Shown here one piece after another: positions 10,416 through 21,436 of a stretch of 64,000 nt of DNA (the first letter of the stretch is position 1; each line of letters begins with the position of its first letter). Source of the DNA: Somniosus microcephalus. Its lineage: Eukaryota. The stretch is taken from positions 165,292,001-165,356,000 of the forward strand of contig CM126202.1 in NCBI GenBank assembly GCA_052327205.1, written 5' to 3'. The position numbers and the translations under genes were made by a program. The notes beneath the pieces were generated by a model. The model searched no databases and was not told the DNA's origin. It saw nothing but the letters and a program-made list of their open reading frames with translations.

Positions 10416-11014
10416 CTGACGTCTCCTTTTGAAAAGGGCATTGGTCACCTGGCGGATGCAGCAATGCACGGCGAACTGGGAGATGTTGGCAATGTCGCCA
10501 GTAGCAGCTTGGAAGGAGCCGGTGGCATAAAAGTTGAGAGCCACCGTCACCTTCACTGCCACCGACAGAGACGTCCTGCACCTCAGCTGTGGCTGCAGAT
10601 CACCGGCAAGCAGCTGGCAGATCTCTGTGACGACGTCCCTTCTGAATCGCAGCCTCCGAACACACTGCTCCTCAGACATCTGGAGATAGGAGAACTGCTG
10701 GCGGTATACCCTGGGTGGGTAAGGCCTCCTTTGCCGACGCCTGTTGCCCCCTCTCCGTCTAGCCAGGGCTGCCAGTCTCTCATGGCGTCTCTGAGCCCTT
10801 TGGATGTAATTGAGAAAGCCAGCGTTTACACCCATTGCAGCCCCCATAATATGCTGGCAAACAATGAGATGTCAATGAAGGCAAAAACTTTTTGAAATCT
10901 GTGGCCTGAAGCCAGAAGTACCTGTCCGAGTGTTGGGCCAAAGCAGAAAGCTATCTACCTTGGTCTCTCTCCAAAGATCCGTTTCGCAAGAAGGTGTGCT
11001 GCAAAATGGCAGCG

Positions 11015-11021
11015 TTTTATA
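11015..11021 (-). promoter_or_regulatory. Putative TATA box of the transposase gene
   Basis: TATAAAA on the minus strand ~170 bp upstream of the ATG, next to a YY1-like GCCATTTT; CRE TGACGTCA at 11175-11182. Confidence 0.45.
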
Positions 11022-11863
11022 TTGCAGGAGGAGTGCCCTTTAATTTGCGCCCCCCGCGCCCCGCATCGGCTGAGCACCGTTCCACTTCACAGTCGCTAGG
11101 GGCGCCAGGCGCACAATGGGGCGTCGCCACTGAAGTTCCGGTTGGGGGCGCACAAAGGGTGTTGCACGAGGAAATGACGTCATGATCTGCGCGCGCAGTT
11201 GAGCGCGCGCAAAGACTTTGCGCCGCTGCTAAATCTCTACTGAAGTTGGGGCGAGGCGCAGTTCGCGCTTCGCCCGGGCGCAAGCCGCCTCGCGCCCGGA
11301 ATCTACTCCTCCTAAGGCGCTAACGGCTGGCGCAACCAACTGAATTTCTAGGCCTTGGTGCTTGAGCATATTTTTCAGGGGGATTTAAGCAGTGTGCGTG
11401 AACAGCATAAACAGGGCACAAAAAAGTACATTTTGATGTGGAAGTTCCTCCTTAGTAGTACTGTGTTCCATTGAACAGTTACATACTTTGGAAATTTATA
11501 ACAAGGAGATACATTGTCGCCTTTTAGTGTGCTTCACATTTTAAAACTGGTGGTTAAAAGCATCTTGGGAGCAGTGGCAATCTCAAGCTGTGCTCCAGTG
11601 ACATCTTGAATGGGAGCTGTATGCTGTGAGTAGTGTTGGAGCACAACTTCTTAGGAATGAAATTCCTCAGTACACAGACACTGCGATAAATTGAAATTCC
11701 ATTTTTTGCTGAACCTGTAGGTGCAATAAAAGTAACGCATAAGTGGCCACCTGCAACAATGCTGCTAACTAGCTAAAATCTATAAAAAGCACAAATTGGG
11801 CCAATCTGGTGGTGGAAAATTTCTGGGTAGCATCGAGGGAGGATACACAAGGCAAAAACTTAA

Positions 11864-12571
11864 GGGCAATTTTAAATCCTGGGCGGTTGGCCAGCGGAAC
11901 GCCTGTCACCCAGGAGGTGCTGTGAGTGCCCCGCTCCATTTTAATGGCCAGACCTCATTATCAGAGATGCATTGAGCTGCTCTCTTAAAATGGTCATTCA
12001 GAAGGCTCTCACATAAGTTGTCAAGGGGTTTCGGGAAGGTTTCGGGAACATGGAATGGGGGGATGCTCAGGATGACAGTGACAAAAACTTTCTTTGTGGT
12101 GCCTGAAGGAGCATCCAGGTCCCACAAAAATAATTCTTACACACCTGTAAAGACCTCCACTTCTTGCCTGGCAGGTATTGCCTCAGTAGGCTATTAAAAT
12201 AGCTTTGGAGTCCTAAGCACCGTTCCCGCTAAGCTGTGCTATGCACAGCTGTCTGGAGGTCCCGCGCAGCCCAGGACCAGCTTTTCAAATGGGAGATTTT
12301 GCGCATGCACAAAATTTTGAATGGGCTGCGCAGCTCGTTAATGGGATCGCGCACCCCCCAAAAAATAGGGGGAACATTGGTCTAAAGTATATCATAGGAC
12401 CCCAATTTACATGTATTCATGAGGCTTCCTTCTGAGTCTGGCGGGCACCTCAACTGCGCAAAAAAAATGATAAAATGGCCGCAGAGTGGTAAAAGGATGG
12501 TAAGTGCACCGCTTTGATTTTAACTCCTCTTCCGTCGGTTTCCACTGGGTGGAGGGGGTTAAGATTCCCCC
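11864..12571. mobile_element. Degenerate Harbinger-type MITE
   Basis: Imperfect TIRs GGGCAATTTTAA / TTAAGATTCCCC; a ~110-bp part (12410-12520) recurs at 13860-13975. Confidence 0.45.
12218..12379. mobile_element. Small hAT-type MITE
   Basis: Ends CACCGTTCCC / GGGAACATTG, degenerate 8-bp TSD GTCCTAAG/GTCTAAAG; homologous to 30158-30325. Confidence 0.65.
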
Positions 12572-12777
12572 TCCAGATTCAGTGGTGGCAACCTACGACT
12601 GATAAGCTAGATGTGCTGTCCCTACGTAAGGGCGCGGAGAAGAGCTTCGTACAGAGTGCAACCCATTAATATTCAAAAGTTAAAACTGACGGAAAGGGAC
12701 ACACTCCTGCTTTGGACAATTAAAATGATATATCTCATCTATGCAGCTGTATTTCTGCAGATGAGAAGCAATTTTTA

Positions 12778-13018
12778 AAAATTCATTCATGGGATGTGGG
12801 CATTGCTAATTGCGCTTGAGAAGCTGGTGGTGAGCTGCCTTCTTGAACTGTTGCAGTCCATGTGGTGAAGGTACTCCCACAGTGCTGTTAGGTAGGGAGT
12901 TCCAGGATTTTGACCCAGCGACGATGAAGGAACAGCGATATATTTCCAAGTCAGGATGGTGTGTGACTTGGAGCGGAACTTGCAGGTGATGGTGTTCGCA
13001 TGTGCTTGCTGCTCTTGA
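12778..13018 (-). mobile_element. 3' fragment of Zenon-like (CR1-group) LINE
   Basis: Reverse complement of the tail ...gcccacatcccatgaatgaat seen at 25345-25538 and 54000-54279. Confidence 0.75.
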
Positions 13019-14789
13019 ACGTGCCATGAAATGTGTCATGCTTTATCTACACGGCAATAACATGTCTAATCAGGTACAAGTACTTATCATGTGTCCTTTT
13101 CTTCTTACAGATATACCAAAACCCAGGAGCAGAAAGCCAGAGCTTCTCAGCAACAAGCCTCACTACTACAATTAACTTTATCATGACTTGAAGCAGTTGG
13201 CAGCCCAGAGATTCACTACTCACAAATGTGAAGGAGGGCGAAGCAAGGGCTGCAGAAAGGCTAGCTGGAGATGGGTGAAGGCCTAACATCATCATGGTCA
13301 CTGTTGTCACTTTATGATTCTGACCTCACAGGGTTAACAATGAAATGGAAGATGCTCTAGAAGTATGAATGACACTAGTCACTTGCCTCCTTTCACGTCA
13401 TGATGTAATATGGGTTCACTACAATTGCAGCTTGAGCTCTCTGCTTTGCAGACTGTCATAAAAAAGCATGGGCATCTGCACCTTAACTCACACAGGCAGT
13501 GAGCACAGTTCACATATATCTTACAAATACTCTCACTGATGCTGTTGAGGAGGTTGGATCCAAAATCCCAAACAAAACAATGGCACGCTACAATGCACTG
13601 GTGATTTAATCCAGAGAATCCTGAGTAAGGGATTCTAACACCTTGTGGCAGTACAAAGGTTTGTGCTCAAGTAGATCAGTAACTGAAATAAGGAATCAGC
13701 CTCTGGCAGGGGCATGAGGGCATAAAAACAAATATTTATCTCTGAAGTCACTGCCAGTTCTTTCTCTGCACTTGCCTCTGGAGAAATAGCAGGAAAAGCT
13801 GTCCAAGTGAAACTGAGCAGGAAAAGGGGGAGAGATTTGTCTAGAGAGCCCGATTAGCATCTATTCATGAGGCTTCCTTCTGAGTCTGACAGGCACCTCA
13901 AATGCCCAAGAAAACAACGGTGTTAAAATGGCCGCAGAGCAGTAAAAGGGTTGGTAAGTGCACTACTTGGATTTGAATAGTGTGGGCGCGAGGATAGATT
14001 AATATTGTAGAGGTCAGTTTAATTACCTTTGGGGATTAGGGAGTAGACAGAATTTTCCCTCAGGTGATTAAATAAATGGAAAGAGTCCATGGCAGATGGT
14101 ACATGATCTGTGAACAGACAGGGCATGATGGGCATAACAGATTTTTTGCTTAATGCTTTCTTCTGTTCTTATAAATATTTCTTGTTTTTAGTTTAACTTC
14201 TTTTGGATGGATGTACTGAGAAAAGGGGAGGGATGTCCTAGTAAGAGAAAGGATAGAAGGAGTGGAGGGTAGGAGTTCAGACCCAGAGACTGGGTGGATG
14301 AAAGATTGCATTCTCATGAATGAGGAAGGTGGAAAGGTTGAGGAAACCCTGCGGCTGATTTCAGAATATGCTCATGTATATAAGCCAGATTACTGCCGCA
14401 GTTAATCACCATAATCAAGGTTAGCTCCTGCAGTGAAATGATATGACTATCAGTCGTCAAAATACTTCAGAAATTGCTGCTTTTATTATTTGACTTTACC
14501 ATGCATGTACTGCTGACGGATGATGGATGTAAGCTGTAAACATCTCAGGAGCCCAATCTATGACACATGCAAATACACGCACTTTAAATTGACTGACAAC
14601 TTTGAATGTGAGTTAAAAGCAATTTGAAATTTAAATGAGCCTCTTTCTAATACTCTTCATGATGCGGCTGCTATTTTTTTTAGGTATGAATTGAATACAA
14701 GCACTTTCTATTCTTTTTTAGTTCTCTAACTAGAAAAGAAGGTTAATTGGAACATCAACTCCAGGTGCAACGTATCCCAACCAGCCTGT

Positions 14790-15098
14790 ACTGTATCCCA
14801 TGTCAAGTCTCAATCAACTACACCTCTGTCCTCACTGACCTACATTGGCTCCAGAACTCCCCAATGCCACCAATTTACAATTGTCATCCTCATATTAAAA
14901 TCACTTCATAGGCTTCTCCCTCCCTATCCCTGTAACCTCCTCCAGCCCAACAACACTTTTAGAACTCTTCATTCCTCCAACTTTGGCCTCTTGTGCAGCC
15001 CTCCCTACCTTCGCCCTGCCATTGCCGGCCGTGCCTTCAGCTGCCTAGGCCCCACACTCTGAAATTCCTGCCCTAAGTTCCTCCGCCTCTCCACCACT
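14790..15098 (+). mobile_element. L2 LINE 3' ORF2 fragment
   Basis: Decayed (I)TSVLTDLHWL... / GRAFSCLGPTL.NSCPK, typical of the L2 C-terminus; homologous to 57190-57430 (minus). Confidence 0.7.
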
Positions 15099-15099
15099 C

Positions 15100-15188
15100 G
15101 GTTTCACATCTCATCCAAAAGATGCAGCACAACCTCAGTACTTGATGTTCAAGTCCTGGAGTGGGGCTTGAGCCCACAACTTTCTGAT
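15100..15188 (-). mobile_element. Degenerate Deu-domain (SacSINE/AmnSINE-like) SINE fragment
   Basis: ggtttcacatctcatccaaaagat...caagtcctggagtggggcttgagcccacaac resembles the DeuSINE head/core in reverse (from memory of the consensus). Confidence 0.5.
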
Positions 15189-15194
15189 GATTCA

Positions 15195-15428
15195 GCCTAT
15201 CGTACCTGGCTCTTTGTTAAGAATTACCCAATTAGTCCTACTCTCCTGTTCTTTTCCCATAGCCCTGCAAATTTTTCCTTTTTAAATATATATATCCAAT
15301 TCCTTTTTAAAAGTTCCTATTGCATCTGCTTCCACCACCTTTTCAGACAGTGCATTCCAGATCATAACAATTTGCTGTGTAAAAAGAATTCCCCTCATCT
15401 TCCCTCTGGTTCTTTTGCCAATTATATT
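15195..15428 (-). mobile_element. CR1 3' fragment
   Basis: KMRGILFTQQIVMIWNALSEKVVEADAIGTFKKELD. Confidence 0.8.
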
Positions 15429-15764
15429 AAATACTGGGAAGGCGATGAAAGTGAAGGAGGTGGGGTGGGGGGGGCGGACACAATGGGAGCAAGGAGGTGG
15501 GAGAAGCACAAGTAACTGGGGCAAGGAATGAGAAGAGCGTGGCTGAGGGCCATAAACCCCACCACAATTGCAGTCTGCAGTTGTTGCATGGCACCTACTC
15601 TACACAGCACTATGCTGTATCATCTAGCACCTCCCACCCAAAAGGAAAGAAAAAAAATAAAAAGACAGAGAGAGAAGCATAAATAGTTACAGGGGAGGAA
15701 GGAAAAGAAGAGAAAAAGGGACACAACCAGAGGATGAGAGACAAAGAGAAAAACAGCAAAATGA

Positions 15765-16458
15765 AGTAGGCAGGTCTTAGAGGAGAAGAGGGAGGTGGAG
15801 AGGAGGATGACATTTAGGGAGGGATTGCCAGAGCATGGGACCTAGTGGGGTAAAGGAGGGGATGGGTGAACAAGAGGCCAGAATCAGAGGAATGGAGAGT
15901 TTGGGGGGCGGGGGTGTTGGTAGGGTAGGAGAAGGCTACAGAGATGGGGAGGGGTGACCCATGAAGATACATAAACTGAGTTTAACTGCAGGAAATTGTG
16001 GTTCACATGAGACTGGATGTCAGAGGCAGTGGAGGGGTCGAGAAAGGTGATGGAGAGATAGAGCTGGATGTCATCAGTGTACATATGGAAGCTGATGTCA
16101 TGTCTTCGGATGGGCAGCGTCTAGATGAGGAAGAGGAGGGGGCCAAGCATGAAACCACAGAGGACTCCAGAGTTAATAGTGTGGGGATGGGAAGAGAAAC
16201 CATTACCAGAGATACTCTGGCACGATGTCATAGGTAAGAGTGAAACCAACGAGGGCAATCCCAGTCAGCAGGGTACAACAGAGGAGAGGCATTGGAGGAG
16301 GATGGTGTGCTCAACCATGTCAAAGGCTGTGGAGAGGTCAAGGAGGATGCAGAAGGAAAATGAATCACGGTCACAGTCACAGACACAGAGGATGTCATTC
16401 GTGACTTTAATTAGGGTCATTTCAGTGCTCTGGCAGGGAGGGAAACCTGATTGGAGAG
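15765..16458 (-). mobile_element. L2 LINE RT fragments
   Basis: MYTDDIQLYLS (YADD motif) and decayed ALK.TLIKVTNDIL / DLSTAFDMVEH segments. Confidence 0.7.
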
Positions 16459-16717
16459 TTATAATTCATAACAAATCTGATTAAAATATTGTGCCTAGGA
16501 AGCAGGATATTCAAGATCTATATTCACATTATGGAATGTGCCAGCATTAGGCACATATGGTTGTAAAGTCTTGTATGGTACGTAAATGCAGAGCATGGGG
16601 TCGATTTTCAGTGTGCCGTGGAGTCGGGATTGGAGGCATACAGGGGGTTAAATTCCTGAATTTGGGGGTCCCGACACCATCCCGCCCAAAACCCGCCTCC
16701 ATGTAAGTTTCAAAGAA

Positions 16718-19700
16718 ACATAGAAACATAGAAACATAGAGATAGGAACAGGAGTAGGCCATTCGGCCCTTCGAGCCTGCTCCGCCATTCAATGAGATCA
16801 TGGCTGATCTTCGTCTGAGATCATAGCTGATCTTACCAGTTCAGTACCCCGTCCCCGCCTTTTCTCCGTAACCCTTAATCCCCTTAGCCTTCAGAAATAT
16901 ATCCAATTCTCTCTTGAAAATATTTATTGAATTAGCCTTCACAGCCCTCTGTGGCAGGGAATTCCACAGGCTCACCACTCTTTGAGTGAAGAAATTCTTC
17001 CTCATCTCTGTTTTAAATGATTTGCCCACTATTTTTAGACTGTGGCCCCTGGTTCTGTGCTCCCCGGTGATTGGTAACATTCTCTCTGAATTCAGCCTGT
17101 CCAGGCCTGCCATAATTTTATATGTTTCGATGAGATCCCCTCTCAATCTTCTAAACTCCAGTGAGTACAAGCCCAAACTATTTAATCTCTCTTCGTAGGT
17201 CATTCCCGCCATTCCAGGTATCAGCCTGGTGAATCGCCGTTGCACTCTTTCCATGGCAAGAACATCCTTCCGCAGATGGGGCGACCAAAACTGTACACAA
17301 TACTCCAGATGCGGTCTCACCAGCACCTTGTACAGCTGTAGTAAGGTATCCCTATTCCTATACTCGAACCCCCTTGATATGAAGGCCAACATACCATTTG
17401 CCTTCTTAATCGCCTGTTGCACCTGCATGCTCTCCTTCAGTGACTGGTGCACAAGAACACCCAGGTCCCTCTGCACTTCCCCATCTCCCAATCTATTGCC
17501 ATTTAGATAATAATCTACCCTCCTGTTTTTACCCCCAAAGTGGATAACCTCGCATTTATCCACATTATAGTGCATCTGCCACATATCCGCCCATTCCCCC
17601 AACCTGTCCAAATCGCACTGTAGCCTCCTGACATCCTTATCAGAGCCCACCCCTCCTCCTAGTTTAGTGTCGTCAGCGAATTTGGAAATATTGCATCCAA
17701 TTCCCTGATCCAGATCATTTATATATATTGTGAACAGCTGGGGTCCCAGGACAGATCCTTGCGGCACCCCGCTGGTCACTGCCTGCCACTCCGAAAACGA
17801 GCCGTTTATTCCAACTCTCTGTTTTCTATCCGCCAGCCAGTTCTCTATCCACGTTAATACTTTGCCCCCAATCCCATGAGCCTTAATTTTGCATGATAAT
17901 CTTTTGTGTGGAACCTTATCGAAGGCTTTCTGGAAGTCAAGGTACACCACATCCACTGGCTCTCCCCCATCTATTTTACCAGTTACTTCCTCAAAAAATT
18001 CCAGCAGATTAGTCAAACACGATTTACCCTTTGTAAATCCATGTTGACTCTGTCCGATCCTTTCCCCATTTGTCAAGTGCTCCGCTATTTTATCCTTAAT
18101 AATGGACTCTAGCATTTTGCCCACAACCGATGTAAGGCTTACTGGTCTATAATTCCCTGCTTTCTCTCTACCCCCCTTTTTAAATATTGGGGTAACATTA
18201 GCTACCCTCCAATCCACGGGTACTGTTCCCGAGTCAATGGAGTTCCGGAAGATGATCCTTAGAGCATCTGCTATCTCCAGGGCCACCTCCTTAAGTACCC
18301 TAGGATGTAGTTTATCAGGCCCCGGGGATTTGTCGGCCTTCAGTCCCCTCAACTTACCCAACACCATATCCCTAGAGATACTAATTTCTGTCAGCTCCTC
18401 CCTCTCATTAGTCCCTATGTTTGCCGATATTCCTGGGAGGTTATTTGTGTCCTCCTTTGTGAATACAGAACCAAAGTATGAGTTTAATTGGTCTGCCATT
18501 TCCTTATTCTCCATTATATATTCTCCCGAATTGGACTGCAAGGGACCGACTTGGGATTTTACCAGTCTTTTCCTCCTGATATACCGATAAAAGCTTTTGC
18601 AGTCTGTCTTTATGTTTGCTGCAAGTTTACTTTCGTATTCTATTTTCCCCTTCCTGATTAATCCCTTTGTCCTCTTTTGCTGTATCCTGTACTGCCCCCA
18701 ATCTTCCGGTCTGGTGCTTTTTTTTGCCAGTTGATATGCCCTTTTTTTTGATTTTATGCTGTCCCTAATTTCCCTCGTTATCCACGGTTGAGTCACCTTT
18801 TTAGGTTTATTTTTATGCCAAACCGGTATAAACATGTTCTGGAATTCTTCCATTCTATCTTTGAATGCTTGCCATTGTCTATCCACTGTCAATCCCCCCA
18901 GAAACACCACCCAATCAATCTTACCCAATTCCCGTCTCATACCCTCGTAATTCCCTTTATTTAAGTTCTGGACCTTAGTCTCTGATTCAATTTCCTCACT
19001 CTCCATCTCGACTGAGAGCTCGATCATATTATGATCGCTCTGACCCAAGGGGCCTCGTACAAGAAGATTGCTGATAAGTCCCTTCTCATTGCACAATACC
19101 CAGTCTAAAATGGCCTGATCTCGAGTCGGCTCCTCGACATATTGGTCCAGATAACCGTCCCGAAAACATTCCAGGAATTCCTCCTCCTCAGAATTTTTAC
19201 TAATTTGGGTAGTCCAATCAATATGTACATTAAAGTCACCCATGATGACAGCTGTGCTCTTATCGCACGCTTCTCTAATTTCCCTTTTTATGCCTTCCCT
19301 CACCTCCATATTACTATTTGGAGGCCTATATATCACACCCACTAACGTTTTCCTCCCCTTGCTATTTCTCATTTCTACCCATACAGATTCCGTTTCATCC
19401 GAGTTAATATCCTTCCTTTCCATTGCATTAATCCCCTCCTTTACCAGCAATGCTACCCCACCTCCCCTACCTTTTTGCCGATCCTTCCTAAATATTGTAT
19501 ATCCCTGGATGTTAAGTTCCCAGCCTTGCCCACCCTGCAGCCACGTTTCTGTAATCCCAATCAAATCATACTTGTTTACCTCTATTTCCACAACTAATTC
19601 ATCCACCTTGTTCCTAATGCTTCTAGCATTAAGATACAAAGCCTTCAGGCTTGCTTTTTTCACACTCTCATTATGAATTAGTTTGGCCCTTTGTGTTTCT

Positions 19701-19793
19701 CTCCTTTGCTTATTGCTTCTCACCTTTCTACCATCTATTTCTGACTTCATATGACTTCCCTCTTTTCCACTACCTAGGTTCCCATCCCCCTGC
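16718..19793 (-). mobile_element. CR1 LINE, 5'-truncated, young
   Basis: (GAAACATA)n tail; 7-bp TSD CAAAGAA (16711-16717, 19794-19800); intact ORF2. Confidence 0.95.
16841..19750 (-). CDS. CR1 ORF2: APE endonuclease + reverse transcriptase (969 aa)
   Basis: YLNARS, GITETW, GDFN, SDH; [31 protein letters not shown]; no stops or frameshifts. Confidence 0.95.
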   Translation of the reverse strand: MKSEIDGRKVRSNKQRRETQRAKLIHNESVKKASLKALYLNARSIRNKVDELVVEIEVNKYDLIGITETWLQGGQGWELNIQGYTIFRKDRQKGRGGGVALLVKEGINAMERKDINSDETESVWVEMRNSKGRKTLVGVIYRPPNSNMEVREGIKREIREACDKSTAVIMGDFNVHIDWTTQISKNSEEEEFLECFRDGYLDQYVEEPTRDQAILDWVLCNEKGLISNLLVRGPLGQSDHNMIELSVEMESEEIESETKVQNLNKGNYEGMRRELGKIDWVVFLGGLTVDRQWQAFKDRMEEFQNMFIPVWHKNKPKKVTQPWITREIRDSIKSKKRAYQLAKKSTRPEDWGQYRIQQKRTKGLIRKGKIEYESKLAANIKTDCKSFYRYIRRKRLVKSQVGPLQSNSGEYIMENKEMADQLNSYFGSVFTKEDTNNLPGISANIGTNEREELTEISISRDMVLGKLRGLKADKSPGPDKLHPRVLKEVALEIADALRIIFRNSIDSGTVPVDWRVANVTPIFKKGGREKAGNYRPVSLTSVVGKMLESIIKDKIAEHLTNGERIGQSQHGFTKGKSCLTNLLEFFEEVTGKIDGGEPVDVVYLDFQKAFDKVPHKRLSCKIKAHGIGGKVLTWIENWLADRKQRVGINGSFSEWQAVTSGVPQGSVLGPQLFTIYINDLDQGIGCNISKFADDTKLGGGVGSDKDVRRLQCDLDRLGEWADMWQMHYNVDKCEVIHFGGKNRRVDYYLNGNRLGDGEVQRDLGVLVHQSLKESMQVQQAIKKANGMLAFISRGFEYRNRDTLLQLYKVLVRPHLEYCVQFWSPHLRKDVLAMERVQRRFTRLIPGMAGMTYEERLNSLGLYSLEFRRLRGDLIETYKIMAGLDRLNSERMLPITGEHRTRGHSLKIVGKSFKTEMRKNFFTQRVVSLWNSLPQRAVKANSINIFKRELDIFLKAKGIKGYGEKAGTGY

Positions 19794-19855
19794 CAAAGAA
19801 GGCAGGTACCCGCCCCGCACTGGGACCCGCCGACCCAAGGCGGGAAGGGATTAGT

Positions 19856-21436
19856 TGTGGCAGAGCCACCAAGGGACTCTTATATCGATGTACATAATTA
19901 TCTGTAACAGAATGAATCTGTACCTGTATTCGTTTTACTACATGTAAATAGCGCGGTCTCTAAAGGGTTAAGACCAAACACGATGACGTCACCACGTGGG
20001 TCACATGACGTTCCCAATGGCGGGAAACGTGATGACGTCATGACGTCAGAGGGAGGAGCCCTCTCTCTCAGTCCTCATGGAGCCAGCATTGAGCATAGAC
20101 CTATTTGTTAGTTCTCCTGCATTTGATTGTTACTTCTGCAAAACAGTATTAAACTTAGTTTAGTTAACAGACTGACTCGATCTCAGTCTTTTGATTAGGA
20201 ACCTGCCAATTCCTACAGTGGTGACCCCGAACTTTCGCGTACGATCTTCGCGGAGGAAGCGACGTGCAACGAGATGATGGAAGCGAACGCGGTGGCTTTG
20301 AAGCTCCCTCAGTTCTGGGAACAACAGGCGGCCTCCTGGTTCATGCAAGCGGAAGCTCAGTTTTAACTGCGAAACATCGTGGCGGATCAGACCCGTTACC
20401 TCTACGTGGTCTCTGCACTCGACGGCTCCACGGCTTCAAGGATCATCAACCTGCTTGAAAACCCCCCGGTCGACGGCAAGTACGAAATGCTAAAAGCACG
20501 GTTAATTCAGGTTTTCGGCCTCACGAAGGCGGAACGTGCACGCCGTTTACTTACGCTGCCCGGGTTAGGCGACTCCAAGCCATCGGAGTTGATGTGCCAG
20601 ATGCTCACACTCCTTGGCTCCGAACCGCAATGCTTCCTCTTTCGGGAGTTGTTTTTGAGCCAATTGCCCGAGCAGGTGCAGGCAGCCCTTGCAAGATCGG
20701 ATGCTACGGATTGCGTCGTACTTGCCGCTGAGGCGGACACCATTTATGCGGTCACGCAGCAGTACTGCGCCGCCACGAGGCGACCCCCCCTTGCGGATTC
20801 TGCCCCGACGCATCCATCGCCCGGCTTGTGCTTTTACCACGCCCGTTTTGGCGCGAGAGCCAGATGCTGCTGGCATCCCTGCAGTTTCACGCCTCAACCG
20901 AAGAAAAGACACCAGCGCCAAGTCTGGGAAAGGCAGCCCGAGCCTGAGGGATGTCCCACGGCCGCGATGGTGATCAGCGATTCCGGGAATATAGGAGTTG
21001 TTCGAACAGACTTGTCCGACCTCCTCTTCGATTGACTTTCACTGTTAAAGACAATTCTGGGGGGGGGGGGCGCATATGGCAGAGCCACCAAGGGACTCTT
21101 ATATCGATGTACATAATTATCTGTAACAGAATGAATCTGTACCTGTATTTGTTTTACTACATGTAAATAGCGTGGTCTCTAAAGGATTAAGACCAAACGT
21201 GATGACGTCACTACGTGGGTCACGTGACGTTCCCAACGGTGGGAAACATGATGATGTTATGACATCAGAGGGAGGAGCCCTCTCTCTCAGTCCTCGTGGA
21301 GCCAGCATTGAGCATAGACCTGTTTATTAGTTCTCCTGCGTTTGATTGTTACTTCTGCAAAACAGTATTAAACTTAGTTTAGTTAACAGACTGACTCGAT
21401 CTCAGTCTTTTCATTAGGAACCTGACAATTCCTACA
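19856..21436 (+). mobile_element. Non-autonomous gag-only LTR retrotransposon (Gypsy-type gag)
   Basis: 362-bp LTRs 19856-20217 and 21075-21436 (~20 differences by eye); 4-bp TSD TAGT; PBS TGGTGACCCCGA (tRNA-Trp type) at 20219; poly-G PPT; 857-bp internal region. Confidence 0.92.
20274..21035 (+). pseudogene. gag (KLPQFW...WF.Q.EAQF N-domain, CFYH..FG...C...C motif) with one premature stop
   Basis: ATG 20274, in-frame TAA at 20364-20366, frame continues into the 20379-21035 ORF; no protease, RT or integrase follows. Confidence 0.8.

Larger units (their letters stand above)
4723..10847 (-). pseudogene. Harbinger (HARBI1-like) DDE transposase split by Gypsy: complement join(4723..5421,10416..10847), 376 aa
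   Basis: N-part MGAAMG...RRLRFRRDVVTEICQLL...ALNFYATGSFQ; C-part GAIDCTH, IGDKGY, IIEQTIG (DDE triad), CCMLHN; removing the LTR element and one TSD copy gives in-frame ...NALFKRRRQ|FISFSVA... Confidence 0.93.
1900..11354. mobile_element. Autonomous-type PIF/Harbinger DNA transposon, interrupted by a Gypsy insertion
   Basis: TIRs GGCCTAGAAATT (1900-) / AATTTCTAGGCC (-11354); 3-bp TSD TTG (1897-1899, 11355-11357); convergent Myb/SANT and DDE transposase genes; GGCGC-rich subterminal regions. Confidence 0.95.

Noticed and set aside
4723-10847. Domesticated HARBI1 and NAIF1/MSANTD host genes
   Set aside because: Bounded by TIRs and a TSD with related MITEs nearby, so a transposon
14675-14690. 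TTTTAG|GTATGA as a recursive splice site
   Set aside because: Single short motif that arises by chance; no transcript evidence
5427-21436. Capsid-less Gypsy A and the gag-only element as complementary partners
   Set aside because: Different PBS (Ser vs Trp), TSD length (5 vs 4), LTRs, gag type and age
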